58,194 nucleotides of DNA from Candidatus Nomurabacteria bacterium (GCA_025361085.1 JANYAX010000001.1:1-58194), one strand, 5' to 3'. Positions 33,938 to 44,321 are shown, numbered from the stretch's first letter. Numbers and translations are program-made. The notes: a model not told the origin generated them from the sequence alone.

Positions 33938-36900
33938 ATGGAAGAAAACAAAAAATCACAATCTGCGCTTCGAGAAGAATCAGTTTTACAGTTCTGGAAA
34001 GAAAATGATACTTTCAAGAAAAGTCTCGAGAAAGAATCACCAAAGGGTGAGTATGTTTTCTATGAAGGTCCACCAACTGCCAACGGCAAACCAGGCATTC
34101 ACCATCTAGAGGCACGAGCATTCAAAGATGCAATTCCAAGATATAAAACAATGCGAGGGTATCATGTTCGCCGAAAAGGGGGTTGGGATACGCACGGTCT
34201 TCCTGTGGAATTGCAAGTTGAGAAAAAATTGGGTCTTGCTTCGAAGAAAGCAATTGAAGAATATGGAATTGCAAAATTCAATCAAGAATGCAAAGAAAGC
34301 GTTTGGGAATACACCGATCTCTGGGAGAAATTTACTGACCGCATCGGTTACTGGGTAGACCAGAAGAATGCATATGTAACTTATCACAACGATTATATTG
34401 AATCTGTTTGGAATGTTATCAAAGAAGCCGACAAACAGAAATTACTTTATAAAGATTATAAAGTTGTTCCATGGTGCCCACGTTGTGGGACCGGGCTTTC
34501 TTCGCACGAGCTAGCGCAGGGGTATGTGGATGTGAAAGATTTGTCGGTGTATGCAAAATTTCGACTTGTGCAACAAGTCGTCCCGAGCGAAGTCGAGGGA
34601 AAAAGTCTTTCAATAGGTTATGATACATATATTCTTGCTTGGACAACAACCCCTTGGACACTCCCTGGTAATGTGGCTTTGGCTGTTGGTGAAGATATTG
34701 ATTATGTAAAAATAGAAATTTCATCAGACCTCACCCTTGCTAAGGGGGAGGAGAAGATGGGGGTATTTTTAATTCTTGCAAAATCTCGTCTTTCTGTAAT
34801 AGAAGGCGAGTATAAGACTGTTGAAGAATTTAAAGGTAAAGATTTAATCGGTTTAGAATACGAACCTCTTTACCCTTATCTCTCAAATATCCTGGCTGCG
34901 CAGGCAGGAATTTCTGATCTTGAAAAACAAAAACTCGATAAAGCGTTCAAGGTTTACGGCGCAGATTTTGTGACGACCGAAGATGGTACTGGTGTTGTGC
35001 ACACTGCGGTGATGTATGGAGTAGATGACTTTGTGTTGGGAAATAAAATTGGTTTGCCAAAACATCACATGGTTGGGCTTGATGGAAAGTTCCTAGAAGG
35101 GACCGATTTCTTAGAAGGGAGATTTGTTCGTGACGAAGATGTGGCGGTAGATATAATAAAAGATTTAGCACATCGTGGCCTTCTGTTTAAAAAAGAAAAA
35201 TACGAACACTCATACCCACATTGTTGGCGCTGTAAAACAGCTCTCATTTATTATGCTCGCGATTCTTGGTATATCAGGATGTCGTCTCTTCGCGATAAAA
35301 TGGTAGAAGAAAATGAAAGTATAAATTGGGAACCATCATATATCAAAGACGGGCGTTTTGGTGAATGGCTCAAAGACATAAAAGATTGGGCAATTTCTCG
35401 TGAACGTTACTGGGGTACACCTCTTCCTGTTTGGAGTTGTAATGAATGTAAAAAATATGAAGTTATTGGAAGTTTGGAAGATATAAAATCAAAAACCAAA
35501 AAATCTGGAAATAAATATTTCATAATGCGTCATGGAGTATCGGAAGCTAATATTTGTGATAAGGTGAGTTGCAATGTTAATGATGTTGACCATCTTACCG
35601 AAGAAGGGAAAAAACAAGTTCTAAATTCCATAGAAGATTTAAAAAATAAAAAAATTAATTTAATAATTTCGTCTGATTTTATAAGAACGAAAGAAACAGC
35701 AGAAATTATTAAAGATACGTTAAACATTAAAGAAGAAGATTATATTTTTGAGAAAAGAATAAGAGAATTAAATGTTGGAGTTTTTGATGGGAAAACATGG
35801 AGTGAATATTATGGTTCTCGCGAAGAAAAAGATTGGTACTCTTATAAACCGCAAAGTGGTGAATCATGCAAGGAAGTCAAATTTAGAATGACTAGCTTTT
35901 TGTATGAATTAGAACAAAAATATAAAGATAAAAATATTCTAATCGTTACCCACGAAGGACCAGCTAGAATGTTATTAGCGGGAATACTTGGATTAGATGA
36001 CAAAGAGACAGAAGAACAACTAGAAAATAAAATTCCGCACTTAGAAAATGCTAGTGTAACAGAACTTGATTTTATCCCTCTACCTCACAACGAAAATTAC
36101 GAACTTGATTTTCATAAACCATATATCGATGAGGTTGAATTAAATTGTCAGTGTGGTGGAAAGTTAGAAAGAACAAAAGAAGTGATGGATGTCTGGCTTG
36201 ATTCAGGGACGATGCCGTTTTCGCAAGATCATTATCCTTTCGATTTCCTTCCACAAAAGTCAGGACAAGTCGCGGAGGGCAGGCCATTCGAAAACAAACA
36301 ATTACCTTATCCCGCAGATTTTATCTGTGAAGCGATGGACCAGACTCGTGGATGGTTCTATACCTTGCACGCCGTTGGAATGATAATGGGTAAGGGCAAA
36401 GCCTACAAAAACGTGATTTGTCTGGGTCTTCTTCTTGATGCCCAAGGAAAGAAAATGTCTAAGTCGCTTGGTAATATCGTCGACCCTTGGGAGATGATGC
36501 ACAAATATGGAGCCGATACTATTCGTCTGTGGATGTATTCGGTCAATCAGCCCGGTGACCCAAAGAGTTTCGATGAGAAAGTTGTTTCTGAATTACACAA
36601 TAAAGTTTTCAATTTGCTTTATAACGTTCTCGCTTTCTATGAACTCTATCGTGACCCTTCATTAGAAACTAAAACATATAAATTAGAATCTGATTCGAAT
36701 ATATTAGATCAGTGGATAATTGCACGTCTCTCTGAACTTACAGAAAATATGACCAAGCAACTTGACGGCTACAAACTTCTCGAACCTATCCGCGCGATTC
36801 GAGATTTCATTGATGATCTTTCGACTTGGTATTTGAGACGATCAAGAGATCGTATAAAAAATAATGATCAAGAAGCAAAAATCACAATGTACTATGTTTT

Positions 36901-37579
36901 GAAAACACTAGTCAAACTCATGGCTCCATTTGCGCCTTTCGCAGCCGAAGATATTTGGCAGAGATTAAAAAATAATCGTGTTTCAACAGACGAGACACGA
37001 CATGATTTCGCTAAATCAGAGGTAGAAAGTGTGCATTTAGCAGATTGGCCTGAGTTACCTCTATTGGGTCTCCTTCATACAAAGGGCGAAGGGAAATATA
37101 AGGTTTTGGAAGAAATGCAACAAGTTAGAAAAATTGTTACTCTTGGGTTGCAAGCAAGACAAAAAGCTGGAATTCCAGTAAGACAACCGCTTTCGGATTT
37201 GAGTCTAAAAAATTATGAATTAGATAAAGAATATACAAAAATAATTAAAGAAGAATTAAATATTAAGATTGTCATGACAAATAGTGCAATGACAGATGAG
37301 GTAGTTATAAACACCAACATAGATCCGAAATTAAAACGTGAAGGGCAGTATCGAGAACTCGTGAGAGCAATACAAGATATTCGTAAAAAGAACGGGCTTA
37401 ATCCAAGTGACATAGTTACTATTGTTGCTGATACAAATTCAAAAGGGCAAGAATTGGTAAATGAATTCAAAACCGAGCTCATGAAAGCAGTTAGTGCCAA
37501 AGATATACAGATGAAAGAAAACAGTGGAGAAGAAATGAAAATCGGAGAATTTTCATTTAAAATTTTAATCGAAAAATAA
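33938..37579 (+). CDS. ileS: Isoleucine--tRNA ligase with a nested histidine-phosphatase domain
   Basis: PPTANGKPGIHH (HIGH), WTTTPWTLPGN (editing domain), KMSKSLGN; 1213 aa. Confidence 0.95.
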   Translation: MEENKKSQSALREESVLQFWKENDTFKKSLEKESPKGEYVFYEGPPTANGKPGIHHLEARAFKDAIPRYKTMRGYHVRRKGGWDTHGLPVELQVEKKLGLASKKAIEEYGIAKFNQECKESVWEYTDLWEKFTDRIGYWVDQKNAYVTYHNDYIESVWNVIKEADKQKLLYKDYKVVPWCPRCGTGLSSHELAQGYVDVKDLSVYAKFRLVQQVVPSEVEGKSLSIGYDTYILAWTTTPWTLPGNVALAVGEDIDYVKIEISSDLTLAKGEEKMGVFLILAKSRLSVIEGEYKTVEEFKGKDLIGLEYEPLYPYLSNILAAQAGISDLEKQKLDKAFKVYGADFVTTEDGTGVVHTAVMYGVDDFVLGNKIGLPKHHMVGLDGKFLEGTDFLEGRFVRDEDVAVDIIKDLAHRGLLFKKEKYEHSYPHCWRCKTALIYYARDSWYIRMSSLRDKMVEENESINWEPSYIKDGRFGEWLKDIKDWAISRERYWGTPLPVWSCNECKKYEVIGSLEDIKSKTKKSGNKYFIMRHGVSEANICDKVSCNVNDVDHLTEEGKKQVLNSIEDLKNKKINLIISSDFIRTKETAEIIKDTLNIKEEDYIFEKRIRELNVGVFDGKTWSEYYGSREEKDWYSYKPQSGESCKEVKFRMTSFLYELEQKYKDKNILIVTHEGPARMLLAGILGLDDKETEEQLENKIPHLENASVTELDFIPLPHNENYELDFHKPYIDEVELNCQCGGKLERTKEVMDVWLDSGTMPFSQDHYPFDFLPQKSGQVAEGRPFENKQLPYPADFICEAMDQTRGWFYTLHAVGMIMGKGKAYKNVICLGLLLDAQGKKMSKSLGNIVDPWEMMHKYGADTIRLWMYSVNQPGDPKSFDEKVVSELHNKVFNLLYNVLAFYELYRDPSLETKTYKLESDSNILDQWIIARLSELTENMTKQLDGYKLLEPIRAIRDFIDDLSTWYLRRSRDRIKNNDQEAKITMYYVLKTLVKLMAPFAPFAAEDIWQRLKNNRVSTDETRHDFAKSEVESVHLADWPELPLLGLLHTKGEGKYKVLEEMQQVRKIVTLGLQARQKAGIPVRQPLSDLSLKNYELDKEYTKIIKEELNIKIVMTNSAMTDEVVINTNIDPKLKREGQYRELVRAIQDIRKKNGLNPSDIVTIVADTNSKGQELVNEFKTELMKAVSAKDIQMKENSGEEMKIGEFSFKILIEK
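34730..34750 (+). repeat. In-frame C/G-run hairpin in ileS
   Basis: CTCACCCTT-GCT-AAGGGGGAG, same type as 46557-46576 and 33244-33265; encodes LTLAKGE. Confidence 0.6.
34891..34908. repeat. 18-nt palindrome copy (CCTGGCTGCGCAGGCAGG) inside ileS
   Basis: 17 of 18 nt identical to 31732-31749; read in a different frame (LAAQAG). Confidence 0.85.
35500..36073 (+). other. Histidine phosphatase (PGAM-like) domain nested in IleRS
   Basis: FIMRHGVSEAN (RHG at 35528-35536), SSDFIRTKETA, RELNVGVFDGKTW and IVTHEGPARML, in the canonical order and spacing. Confidence 0.8.
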
Positions 37580-37580
37580 A

Positions 37581-38117
37581 ATGGAAACAAGATTTGAAAA
37601 AGAATTAGAATCATTTAAAAAACTTGGATTCTTAAATCATCTTAATCTCTCAGAAGAAGAGGGTTTATTACGACCCGTGACTTACAATGCCCGAGCGGTT
37701 GTATTGTTAAAAAATAATAAAATAATTCTAATAAAAGCAGAAAATGGGGGATATCATTCTATTGTTGGGGGAGGAATAGAAGAGAATGAGACGATTGAGG
37801 AAGCTTTGATTAGAGAAGTTAAAGAAGAATCCGGGTATGATATTTCTATTCTTTGTAAAATTGGATATTTGGAATATTGGACTAAAAAATATAGAAAATT
37901 TGATTTTTGTTTTTTAGTCCAAGCTATCGGAGAAGCTTCTCCTCTTAGCTTAACCGAACAAGAACTTAATTTTGGGCATGAAATCCTTGAGTTAGATATT
38001 AACGATGCCTTAAAGGTATTAAAAAACGATGCAAAAGATCAAAGCAAAGTAGTCTCTATCAGATCTCTTATCCAACTAGGAGAAGCTCAAAAATGTTTAG
38101 AGAATATGGTAAAATAA
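37581..38117 (+). CDS. NUDIX hydrolase
   Basis: Nudix box GGGIEENETIEEALIREVKEESGY. Confidence 0.8.
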   Translation: METRFEKELESFKKLGFLNHLNLSEEEGLLRPVTYNARAVVLLKNNKIILIKAENGGYHSIVGGGIEENETIEEALIREVKEESGYDISILCKIGYLEYWTKKYRKFDFCFLVQAIGEASPLSLTEQELNFGHEILELDINDALKVLKNDAKDQSKVVSIRSLIQLGEAQKCLENMVK

Positions 38118-38121
38118 GAGT

Positions 38122-38517
38122 ATGAAAACAATTTTAATTGATGCAGCGGATTGCTTTATTATTGAACAAGAGGGTGGTTTTGTGGTTTTTAAAGACATGT
38201 ATAATTTATTAGAAACATATCCTAACAGAAAAATTATATTAACTGGTGCTAATGATGAGCAAGCTATTAAATTTGGGTTAGATAAAGTGCCTTATGAAGT
38301 TTTTACCCTTAAGCATAATCCAGAAAAAACGGATCCAAGATACTATGAAATACTTTTAGAAAAGTTTGGATTGAAAAAAGATGAAGTTGTCTATTCTGAA
38401 CATAATATAAATGCAGTCAAGAGTGCACAATCTGTTGGAATTAATACTTACTATTATGATAATGACAAAAAAGACATAGATTCATTAAAAAATTTTTTAG
38501 ATGAGAATTTAAATTAG
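38122..38517 (+). CDS. HAD-like fold protein with degenerate catalytic motifs
   Basis: ILIDAADC replaces DxDxT and SEHN replaces the DD motif; otherwise the HAD-IA layout. Confidence 0.5.
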   Translation: MKTILIDAADCFIIEQEGGFVVFKDMYNLLETYPNRKIILTGANDEQAIKFGLDKVPYEVFTLKHNPEKTDPRYYEILLEKFGLKKDEVVYSEHNINAVKSAQSVGINTYYYDNDKKDIDSLKNFLDENLN

Positions 38518-38549
38518 TCATTATTAATTGGTAATTAGTAATTATTCTA

Positions 38550-39134
38550 ATGCATCACATTTATCACACTCATGGATTTATACTTTCGTCGCGCAATATG
38601 GGCGAGGCGAATAAGATGCTCGCGATTTATACGCGAGAGATGGGTTTGGTGTGGGCGGCGGCACAAGGGGTGAGACTTCACAAATCAAAACTTCGTTTCA
38701 CTTTGCAAGATTTTTCTTATGTAAATGTTGATCTGGTTCGCGGTAAAGAATTGTGGCGCGTAACTTCAGCTCGACATGTTTCATCTTTTCCATTTGCAAG
38801 AAGTAATGCGAGCTCATTACTTATGATCACCAGAGTTAGTAAATTACTCGAACGACTTTGCCGTGGTGAAAGTCCCAGTGAAAGTATCTTCGATGATTAT
38901 ATTCAGGCACTTTATTTACTAGATGATGATAATATTTCTCCCGAATCTAAAGAAGCGCTTGAACTCCATTTAGTTCTTCGAATAATGAATAACTTGGGGT
39001 ATATAGGAGATTCTGATATTCTCTCGAAATATTTATGTTTCTCATTTGATTATAGTAAGACAGAATCACTGCTCAAAGAACGTCAATCTATAATTGCTCA
39101 TATAAATAAAGCCCTGAATGAAAGCCAATTATAA
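38550..39134 (+). CDS. recO: DNA repair protein RecO (short form)
   Basis: N-terminal OB-fold pattern GFILSSRNMGEANKMLAIYTREMGLVWAAAQGVR; no C-terminal zinc finger seen. Confidence 0.6.
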   Translation: MHHIYHTHGFILSSRNMGEANKMLAIYTREMGLVWAAAQGVRLHKSKLRFTLQDFSYVNVDLVRGKELWRVTSARHVSSFPFARSNASSLLMITRVSKLLERLCRGESPSESIFDDYIQALYLLDDDNISPESKEALELHLVLRIMNNLGYIGDSDILSKYLCFSFDYSKTESLLKERQSIIAHINKALNESQL

Positions 39135-39214
39135 AACTTTTGTGACCCTAAAGGACTGCGATTCTTTAAGTTTTCTTTGAAAACAAGTAAATCGGGAGTA
39201 TAATAACAAGATAT

Positions 39215-41101
39215 ATGGCAGATGATAATAAAAACAAAATTGAAGACATAAAAATGAATCTTTACGATCCAAACGACAAATCGATGACTCACCAAAGAGA
39301 GGGATTATTGCATCAGATTAATCATAAAGTAGATATTGATTGGAAACCAGAAGATATTCCAAAACAAGAAAGTAATATGAAAAATAAATTTAAAAAACCA
39401 CCAATGTCAGGATTCAAGAAATTTTTTATCGTTTCCATCGTTTTTTTTATAGTTGCGCTTGGGTTTGCATATTACAAATTTACTCAAAATGATGTCTCTG
39501 TTTCGAGTGATAAGATCAATATAAACGTCATTGGTAATGCGTTCACTAAAGGAGGTGAGAAACTTCCTCTTCAAATAGAAGTTACCAACAGCAATAATGC
39601 CAATCTTGAACTTGCTAATTTGATCGTAGAATACCCCAAAGGAGCCGATGATAATGCTACCGATGTTGTTCGTCTACCTCGAGATACTATAGGTAAAATC
39701 AAACCCGGGGAGACGATTATTAGAAACATAGAAGTCAAACTTTTTGGCGAAGAAAATTCAATTCGTAATATCAAAGCGAGCTTAGAATATCATCCAGCTG
39801 GGTCAAATGCCATTTTTGCAAAAGATAAAATTTATCCTGTGACCATTAGTTTGGCTCCGCTGTCTCTAATCATGGAGGCTCCCGCCAATACATCTTCTGA
39901 TCAACCTATTTCACTTAAGGTTACAGCAACTCTCAATACAGTTTTGCCAAGTGAGAATACAATGCTTCAAGTTACATACCCCAATAACTTTATTTTTGAG
40001 AGTGCAACGATTCCTCCTGCACTTGGGAACTCGACATGGGATCTGTCATCTCTCACAACAGAAACTCCTATAACGATTGAGATCAAAGGGCGTCTATCAG
40101 GGCAAGATGGAGATGAACAAGTATTTCATGCATACGCTGGGACAACAAATCAGACGGATCGGCTGACTATAAATGTAATTTATAGTTCTGTTCTGCAAAA
40201 AGTTACAATATCAAAACCTTTCTTAGAGGCTAAAATTCTTGTGAATGGTCAAGATCAAACAGGGTATTCTGTCTCTGGTGGGAGTACTGTTAATGCAGGA
40301 GTTGCTTGGGCTAACAATTTATCAACACGCATAACCGATGCACAGATTATTGTTAGTCTCTCTGGTAACGCTTACGATAAGACTACAGTTGACGCGGGGA
40401 ATGGATTCTTTGATTCGGCCAATAATCAAATTATCTGGGATAGAAATTCTATCTCAAATTTGTCTGAAATAAATCCTGGAGAGAATGGGTCAGTATCATT
40501 TAGTTTCAAGCCCGTTTCTCTTATTGGTTTAACAAACATGATCAAGAGTCCAGAGGTTTCGATAAAAGTAAGTATAAAAGGGAGAGAGCCACAACTTGGT
40601 TCTACTTATACAGATGTAAATAATTTTTCAGAAAAAATAGTAAAACTTTTGTCAGATTTTCAAATTGCATCTTCGGTATCGTATCTTTCTGGAAGTTTAC
40701 CTCCTAAGGCAGAGACCACTACGAATTACACTGTAACTTGGACACTTTCAAATTCTGCCAACAGTATATCGGGAGGTCAGGCTCACGCACTTATCCCTAT
40801 ATATGTAAATTGGGTAGGTGTTTCGACTGGGGAAAATGAAAATGTGACATACAACGAAGTTACTCGCGAAGTAACTTGGAATACTGGTTCTGTAAGTCCA
40901 AATACTGGGATTGATTCGAACAGAGAAGCATCGTTCATCATTTCGATTAAACCGTCTTTGTCGCAATTCGGTAGTATTCCTCAGTTGATGAAAGAAATTT
41001 ATCTCTCTGGAACAGATTCATTTACGAATACTGTGATTAAAAGTACACGTGGGTCAGTAACGACAGGATCAGCAGGAGGTGATGGTCGCGTAATTCAATA
41101 A
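39215..41101 (+). CDS. Membrane-anchored protein with a large beta-rich extracytoplasmic region (hypothetical)
   Basis: 628 aa; single TM (FFIVSIVFFIVALGFAYYKF) followed by Ig-like repetitive beta segments. Confidence 0.6.
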   Translation: MADDNKNKIEDIKMNLYDPNDKSMTHQREGLLHQINHKVDIDWKPEDIPKQESNMKNKFKKPPMSGFKKFFIVSIVFFIVALGFAYYKFTQNDVSVSSDKININVIGNAFTKGGEKLPLQIEVTNSNNANLELANLIVEYPKGADDNATDVVRLPRDTIGKIKPGETIIRNIEVKLFGEENSIRNIKASLEYHPAGSNAIFAKDKIYPVTISLAPLSLIMEAPANTSSDQPISLKVTATLNTVLPSENTMLQVTYPNNFIFESATIPPALGNSTWDLSSLTTETPITIEIKGRLSGQDGDEQVFHAYAGTTNQTDRLTINVIYSSVLQKVTISKPFLEAKILVNGQDQTGYSVSGGSTVNAGVAWANNLSTRITDAQIIVSLSGNAYDKTTVDAGNGFFDSANNQIIWDRNSISNLSEINPGENGSVSFSFKPVSLIGLTNMIKSPEVSIKVSIKGREPQLGSTYTDVNNFSEKIVKLLSDFQIASSVSYLSGSLPPKAETTTNYTVTWTLSNSANSISGGQAHALIPIYVNWVGVSTGENENVTYNEVTREVTWNTGSVSPNTGIDSNREASFIISIKPSLSQFGSIPQLMKEIYLSGTDSFTNTVIKSTRGSVTTGSAGGDGRVIQ

Positions 41102-41124
41102 TTAATAATCATTATTTTTTTAAA

Positions 41125-42423
41125 ATGGAAAAAGAACAAAACAACTTGATGGAAACGATTATCTCACTTGCGAAAAGAAGAGGGTTTGTTTATCAGGGGT
41201 CTGAGGTATATGGTGGGCTTGCTGGAACTTGGGATTATGGTCCGCTCGGAGTTGCCCTCAAAAATAATATTAAAAATCTTTGGTGGAAAAAGTTTGTAGA
41301 TTCTCGCGAAGATATGTATGGTATCGATGCTGCAATTTTAATGAATTCGGCTGTCTGGAAGGCGAGTGGTCACGTCGATACTTTTTCTGACCCGCTTGTT
41401 GAGTGTACGAAATGCCATCATCGTTTTCGCGCCGATCAATTAGAAAAGGCTGGTATTTGCAATGATTGCGGAGGGAAGACTGGAGAATCGAGACAATTCA
41501 ATATGATGTTCAAAACACAAATTGGTGCTGTCGAAGATTCTTCAGCAACTGTTTACCTTCGCCCTGAAACTGCGCAAGGAATGTTTGTGAATTTTAAAAA
41601 TGTTGTTGATTCTTTCCACCCAAAACTTCCTTTTGGTTTAGCTCAGATAGGTAAAGCGTTTCGTAATGAGATAACACCTCGCGATTTTATCTTTCGTGTT
41701 CGAGAATTTGAACAAATGGAAATGGAATTCTTTTTGCGCTCTGAAGATTGGGAAAAGTATTTTGAGTATTGGCGTAATGAAATGCTTTCATGGATCGAAA
41801 TGATCGGAATAGATATGGACAAAGTTCATGAACTAGAAGTCGAAGGAGCTGATCTAGCCCACTATTCAAAACGAACAATCGATTTCGAATTTGATTTTCC
41901 ATTCGGCAGAAGTGAACTTTACGGTTTAGCATATAGAACAGATTTTGATTTAAATAATCATAAGTTGTTTTACCAAGATGAAGGAACAAACACAAAGATT
42001 GTTCCGCATGTTATTGAACCTTCGTTTGGAGTGGATAGAACTTTGCTTGCTTTACTTTTGAGCGCATATAAAGAAGATGGAAGCGGGGAAGAGGCAAGAC
42101 CATACCTCGCATTTAACCCGAGCGTTGCTCCTGTGATTTGCGCAGTGTCGCCACTTTTGAAAAATAAACCAGAGCTTCGTGATTATGCTCATCTTATATA
42201 CAGACAATTAAAAGACGAATTTGGTCGTGTGATGTGGGATGATAATGGTAATATCGGCAAACGTTATCGTCGACAAGATGAGATCGGTACGCCTTGGTGT
42301 ATAGTAATAGATTTCGATACTCTCACCGACAACTCTGTTACAATCCGTGATCGTGATACGGCTAAACAAGAAAGAGTCAAAAAAGAAGATATCGTTGATT
42401 ACATAAAAGATAAAATGAATTAA
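41125..42423 (+). CDS. glyQS: Glycine--tRNA ligase (dimeric class II type)
   Basis: RPETAQGMF, GLAQIGKAFRNEI and FRVREFEQME motifs. Confidence 0.9.
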   Translation: MEKEQNNLMETIISLAKRRGFVYQGSEVYGGLAGTWDYGPLGVALKNNIKNLWWKKFVDSREDMYGIDAAILMNSAVWKASGHVDTFSDPLVECTKCHHRFRADQLEKAGICNDCGGKTGESRQFNMMFKTQIGAVEDSSATVYLRPETAQGMFVNFKNVVDSFHPKLPFGLAQIGKAFRNEITPRDFIFRVREFEQMEMEFFLRSEDWEKYFEYWRNEMLSWIEMIGIDMDKVHELEVEGADLAHYSKRTIDFEFDFPFGRSELYGLAYRTDFDLNNHKLFYQDEGTNTKIVPHVIEPSFGVDRTLLALLLSAYKEDGSGEEARPYLAFNPSVAPVICAVSPLLKNKPELRDYAHLIYRQLKDEFGRVMWDDNGNIGKRYRRQDEIGTPWCIVIDFDTLTDNSVTIRDRDTAKQERVKKEDIVDYIKDKMN

Positions 42424-42426
42424 AAA

Positions 42427-42449
42427 AACCCCCGACAAAATCGGGGGTT
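42427..42449. terminator. Bidirectional intrinsic terminator
   Basis: AACCCCCGA-CAAAA-TCGGGGGTT flanked by A and T runs. Confidence 0.85.
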
Positions 42450-42454
42450 GCTTG

Positions 42455-42931
42455 TTAAGGGGTCATGTTTCGTGTAGATCTTTCGATCTTTTTTCTCAGA
42501 CCTTTAAGTTCAGGGACAGGAGGGTTCTCTGAATCCTTCCATTCACCTTCCGGCAAAATTGGTTTTTTGAATCCCTCTGCTACTCGAAGCTCATGCTCGA
42601 TCCTTGTTCTGATATTCTGTAGATTGTTGACATCATCGAAGTTCAACAGTGCGCAAACAATGTTCAAGGCGCAGGTTCTAGCATCCTTGATGCGTTTGAT
42701 CTCTGTCTCCGAAAGATCTTTGGGAATACCTTCTAAAGATTTTTCAAATTGGAGATAGGGTTTATCCATACTGTTTTCGTTTATGAACCGAATGATTTCA
42801 TCTTTATGCTCTGGATAATAATCCAAGAGTTCTAATCTCTTCTTTAATGACAAATCTTTTAAAAATTCATCACTTACTCTGTTTTTTTTGTGTGTCATCT
42901 GTCTTTTTTTTTGAGCGTTTATTTCATTCAT
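42455..42931 (-). CDS. Hypothetical protein
   Basis: 158-aa ORF with no recognisable motif; the only minus-strand gene in this stretch. Confidence 0.45.
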   Translation of the reverse strand: MNEINAQKKRQMTHKKNRVSDEFLKDLSLKKRLELLDYYPEHKDEIIRFINENSMDKPYLQFEKSLEGIPKDLSETEIKRIKDARTCALNIVCALLNFDDVNNLQNIRTRIEHELRVAEGFKKPILPEGEWKDSENPPVPELKGLRKKIERSTRNMTP

Positions 42932-43009
42932 AAATTATCATTAATGAAGATATAAGTCAAATAAAACTATAGTATTTTTAATAAACCAAAAATATGGTAA
43001 TATCACCTT

Positions 43010-44281
43010 ATGCAAAAAGCTATAAAAAAGACATATAAAAATGGTTTAAGGGTTATAACTGTGCCAATGAAAGATAATCCCACTGTTACGGTTCTTGTTC
43101 TTGTCGGCACGGGGAGTGACTATGAACCTAAAGAAATTAATGGTATTTCTCATTTTTTAGAGCACATGTGTTTTAAGGGCACAGTTAAGAGGCCAACATC
43201 TCAAGTTATTTCTCACGAGCTCGATTCTCTTGGTTGCCAGTACAATGCTTTCACTGGCCATGAAATGACTGGGTATTATGCAAAAGGTGACGCCAAAAAT
43301 TTCAAGCAAATTTTCGATATTGTGTCAGATATTTATTTGAATTCTACTTTTCCCGAAAAAGAAATGGAGAAAGAAAAAGGAGTGATAATCGAAGAAATAA
43401 ATATGTACGAAGATATGCCTCAACAACACGTGCAAGACTTATTCAGCCAAGTACTTTATGGTGACCAACCAGCGGGGTGGAATATCGCTGGTCCGAAAGA
43501 GAATATTAAAAAAATGGTGCGTGACAATTTCGTAAAGTATAAAGGGAGTCACTATGTAGCATCGAACACTCTCATAGTGGTATCAGGGAATATAACAAAT
43601 GATGATGTCTACAAAGAAGTAAACAAATATTTTAAAGATATAAAATCAACTGGGAAAATTAAAAAAGTAAAAACAAAAGTATCACAAACAAATCCAAATA
43701 TTTTGGTAAAATATAAAGAGACAGATCAGACGCATTTTGTATTGGGCGTTCATACTTTCTCATTGTTTGATAAAAGAAATATGGCAATCTCACTTCTAGG
43801 TGGTGTACTAGGAGCAGGGATGAGTTCGCGCTTGTTCAATAAACTTCGTGAAGAAATGGGTGTGGCATATTATGTCAGGGCTTACAATGACACCTCACTT
43901 GATCATGGAGAATTTCAGATATCTGCAGGGGTGAACAATGCTCGGACTGAAGAAGTAATCAAAGAAATTTTAAAAGAATGCAACCTATTAATGATTGAGA
44001 AAGTAAGTGAGAAAGAATTAAATAAGGTAAAGTCATTTTTAATTGGTAATATGAAAATGTCTCTTGAAGCTACCGATGATATTACCAATTTCTATGGGGG
44101 TCAGGAACTTATGAAAGGTGAGATAAAAACTCTAGAAGAAAAGATAAAAGAAATAAATAAAGTTACAGCCCTCGATATTCAAAAGATGGCAAAAGTAATA
44201 TTCAAAAGTAAAAATCTTAATCTAGCCCTTATCGGGCCATTCAAAGATAATGCTAAATTCAAAGATATATTAACGTTCTAA
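43010..44281 (+). CDS. M16-family (pitrilysin-like) zinc peptidase
   Basis: Inverted zinc motif HFLEHMCFKGT. Confidence 0.85.
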   Translation: MQKAIKKTYKNGLRVITVPMKDNPTVTVLVLVGTGSDYEPKEINGISHFLEHMCFKGTVKRPTSQVISHELDSLGCQYNAFTGHEMTGYYAKGDAKNFKQIFDIVSDIYLNSTFPEKEMEKEKGVIIEEINMYEDMPQQHVQDLFSQVLYGDQPAGWNIAGPKENIKKMVRDNFVKYKGSHYVASNTLIVVSGNITNDDVYKEVNKYFKDIKSTGKIKKVKTKVSQTNPNILVKYKETDQTHFVLGVHTFSLFDKRNMAISLLGGVLGAGMSSRLFNKLREEMGVAYYVRAYNDTSLDHGEFQISAGVNNARTEEVIKEILKECNLLMIEKVSEKELNKVKSFLIGNMKMSLEATDDITNFYGGQELMKGEIKTLEEKIKEINKVTALDIQKMAKVIFKSKNLNLALIGPFKDNAKFKDILTF

Positions 44282-44321
44282 ATTATTGGCAAAATTTACG
44301 ACGCGGTGTTATTATAGAAAG

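Noticed and set aside
34581-34600. Possible repeat relation between ileS TCCCGAGCGAAGTCGAGGGA and intergenic 48039-48056 TCCCGACCCTGAAGTCGG
   Set aside because: Only two short blocks (6 and 7 nt) are shared and the predicted hairpins differ, which is too weak without a genome-wide census.
35500-36073. Intein or separate gene inside ileS
   Set aside because: No intein splice-junction residues or endonuclease motifs are present. The segment is in frame without stops and carries histidine-phosphatase motifs instead.
42091-42101. GAGGCAAGACC 11-mer inside glyQS matching the hairpin family at 7105-7119
   Set aside because: No inverted partner is present, and the encoded segment aligns with ordinary GlyRS sequence, so this is probably coincidence.
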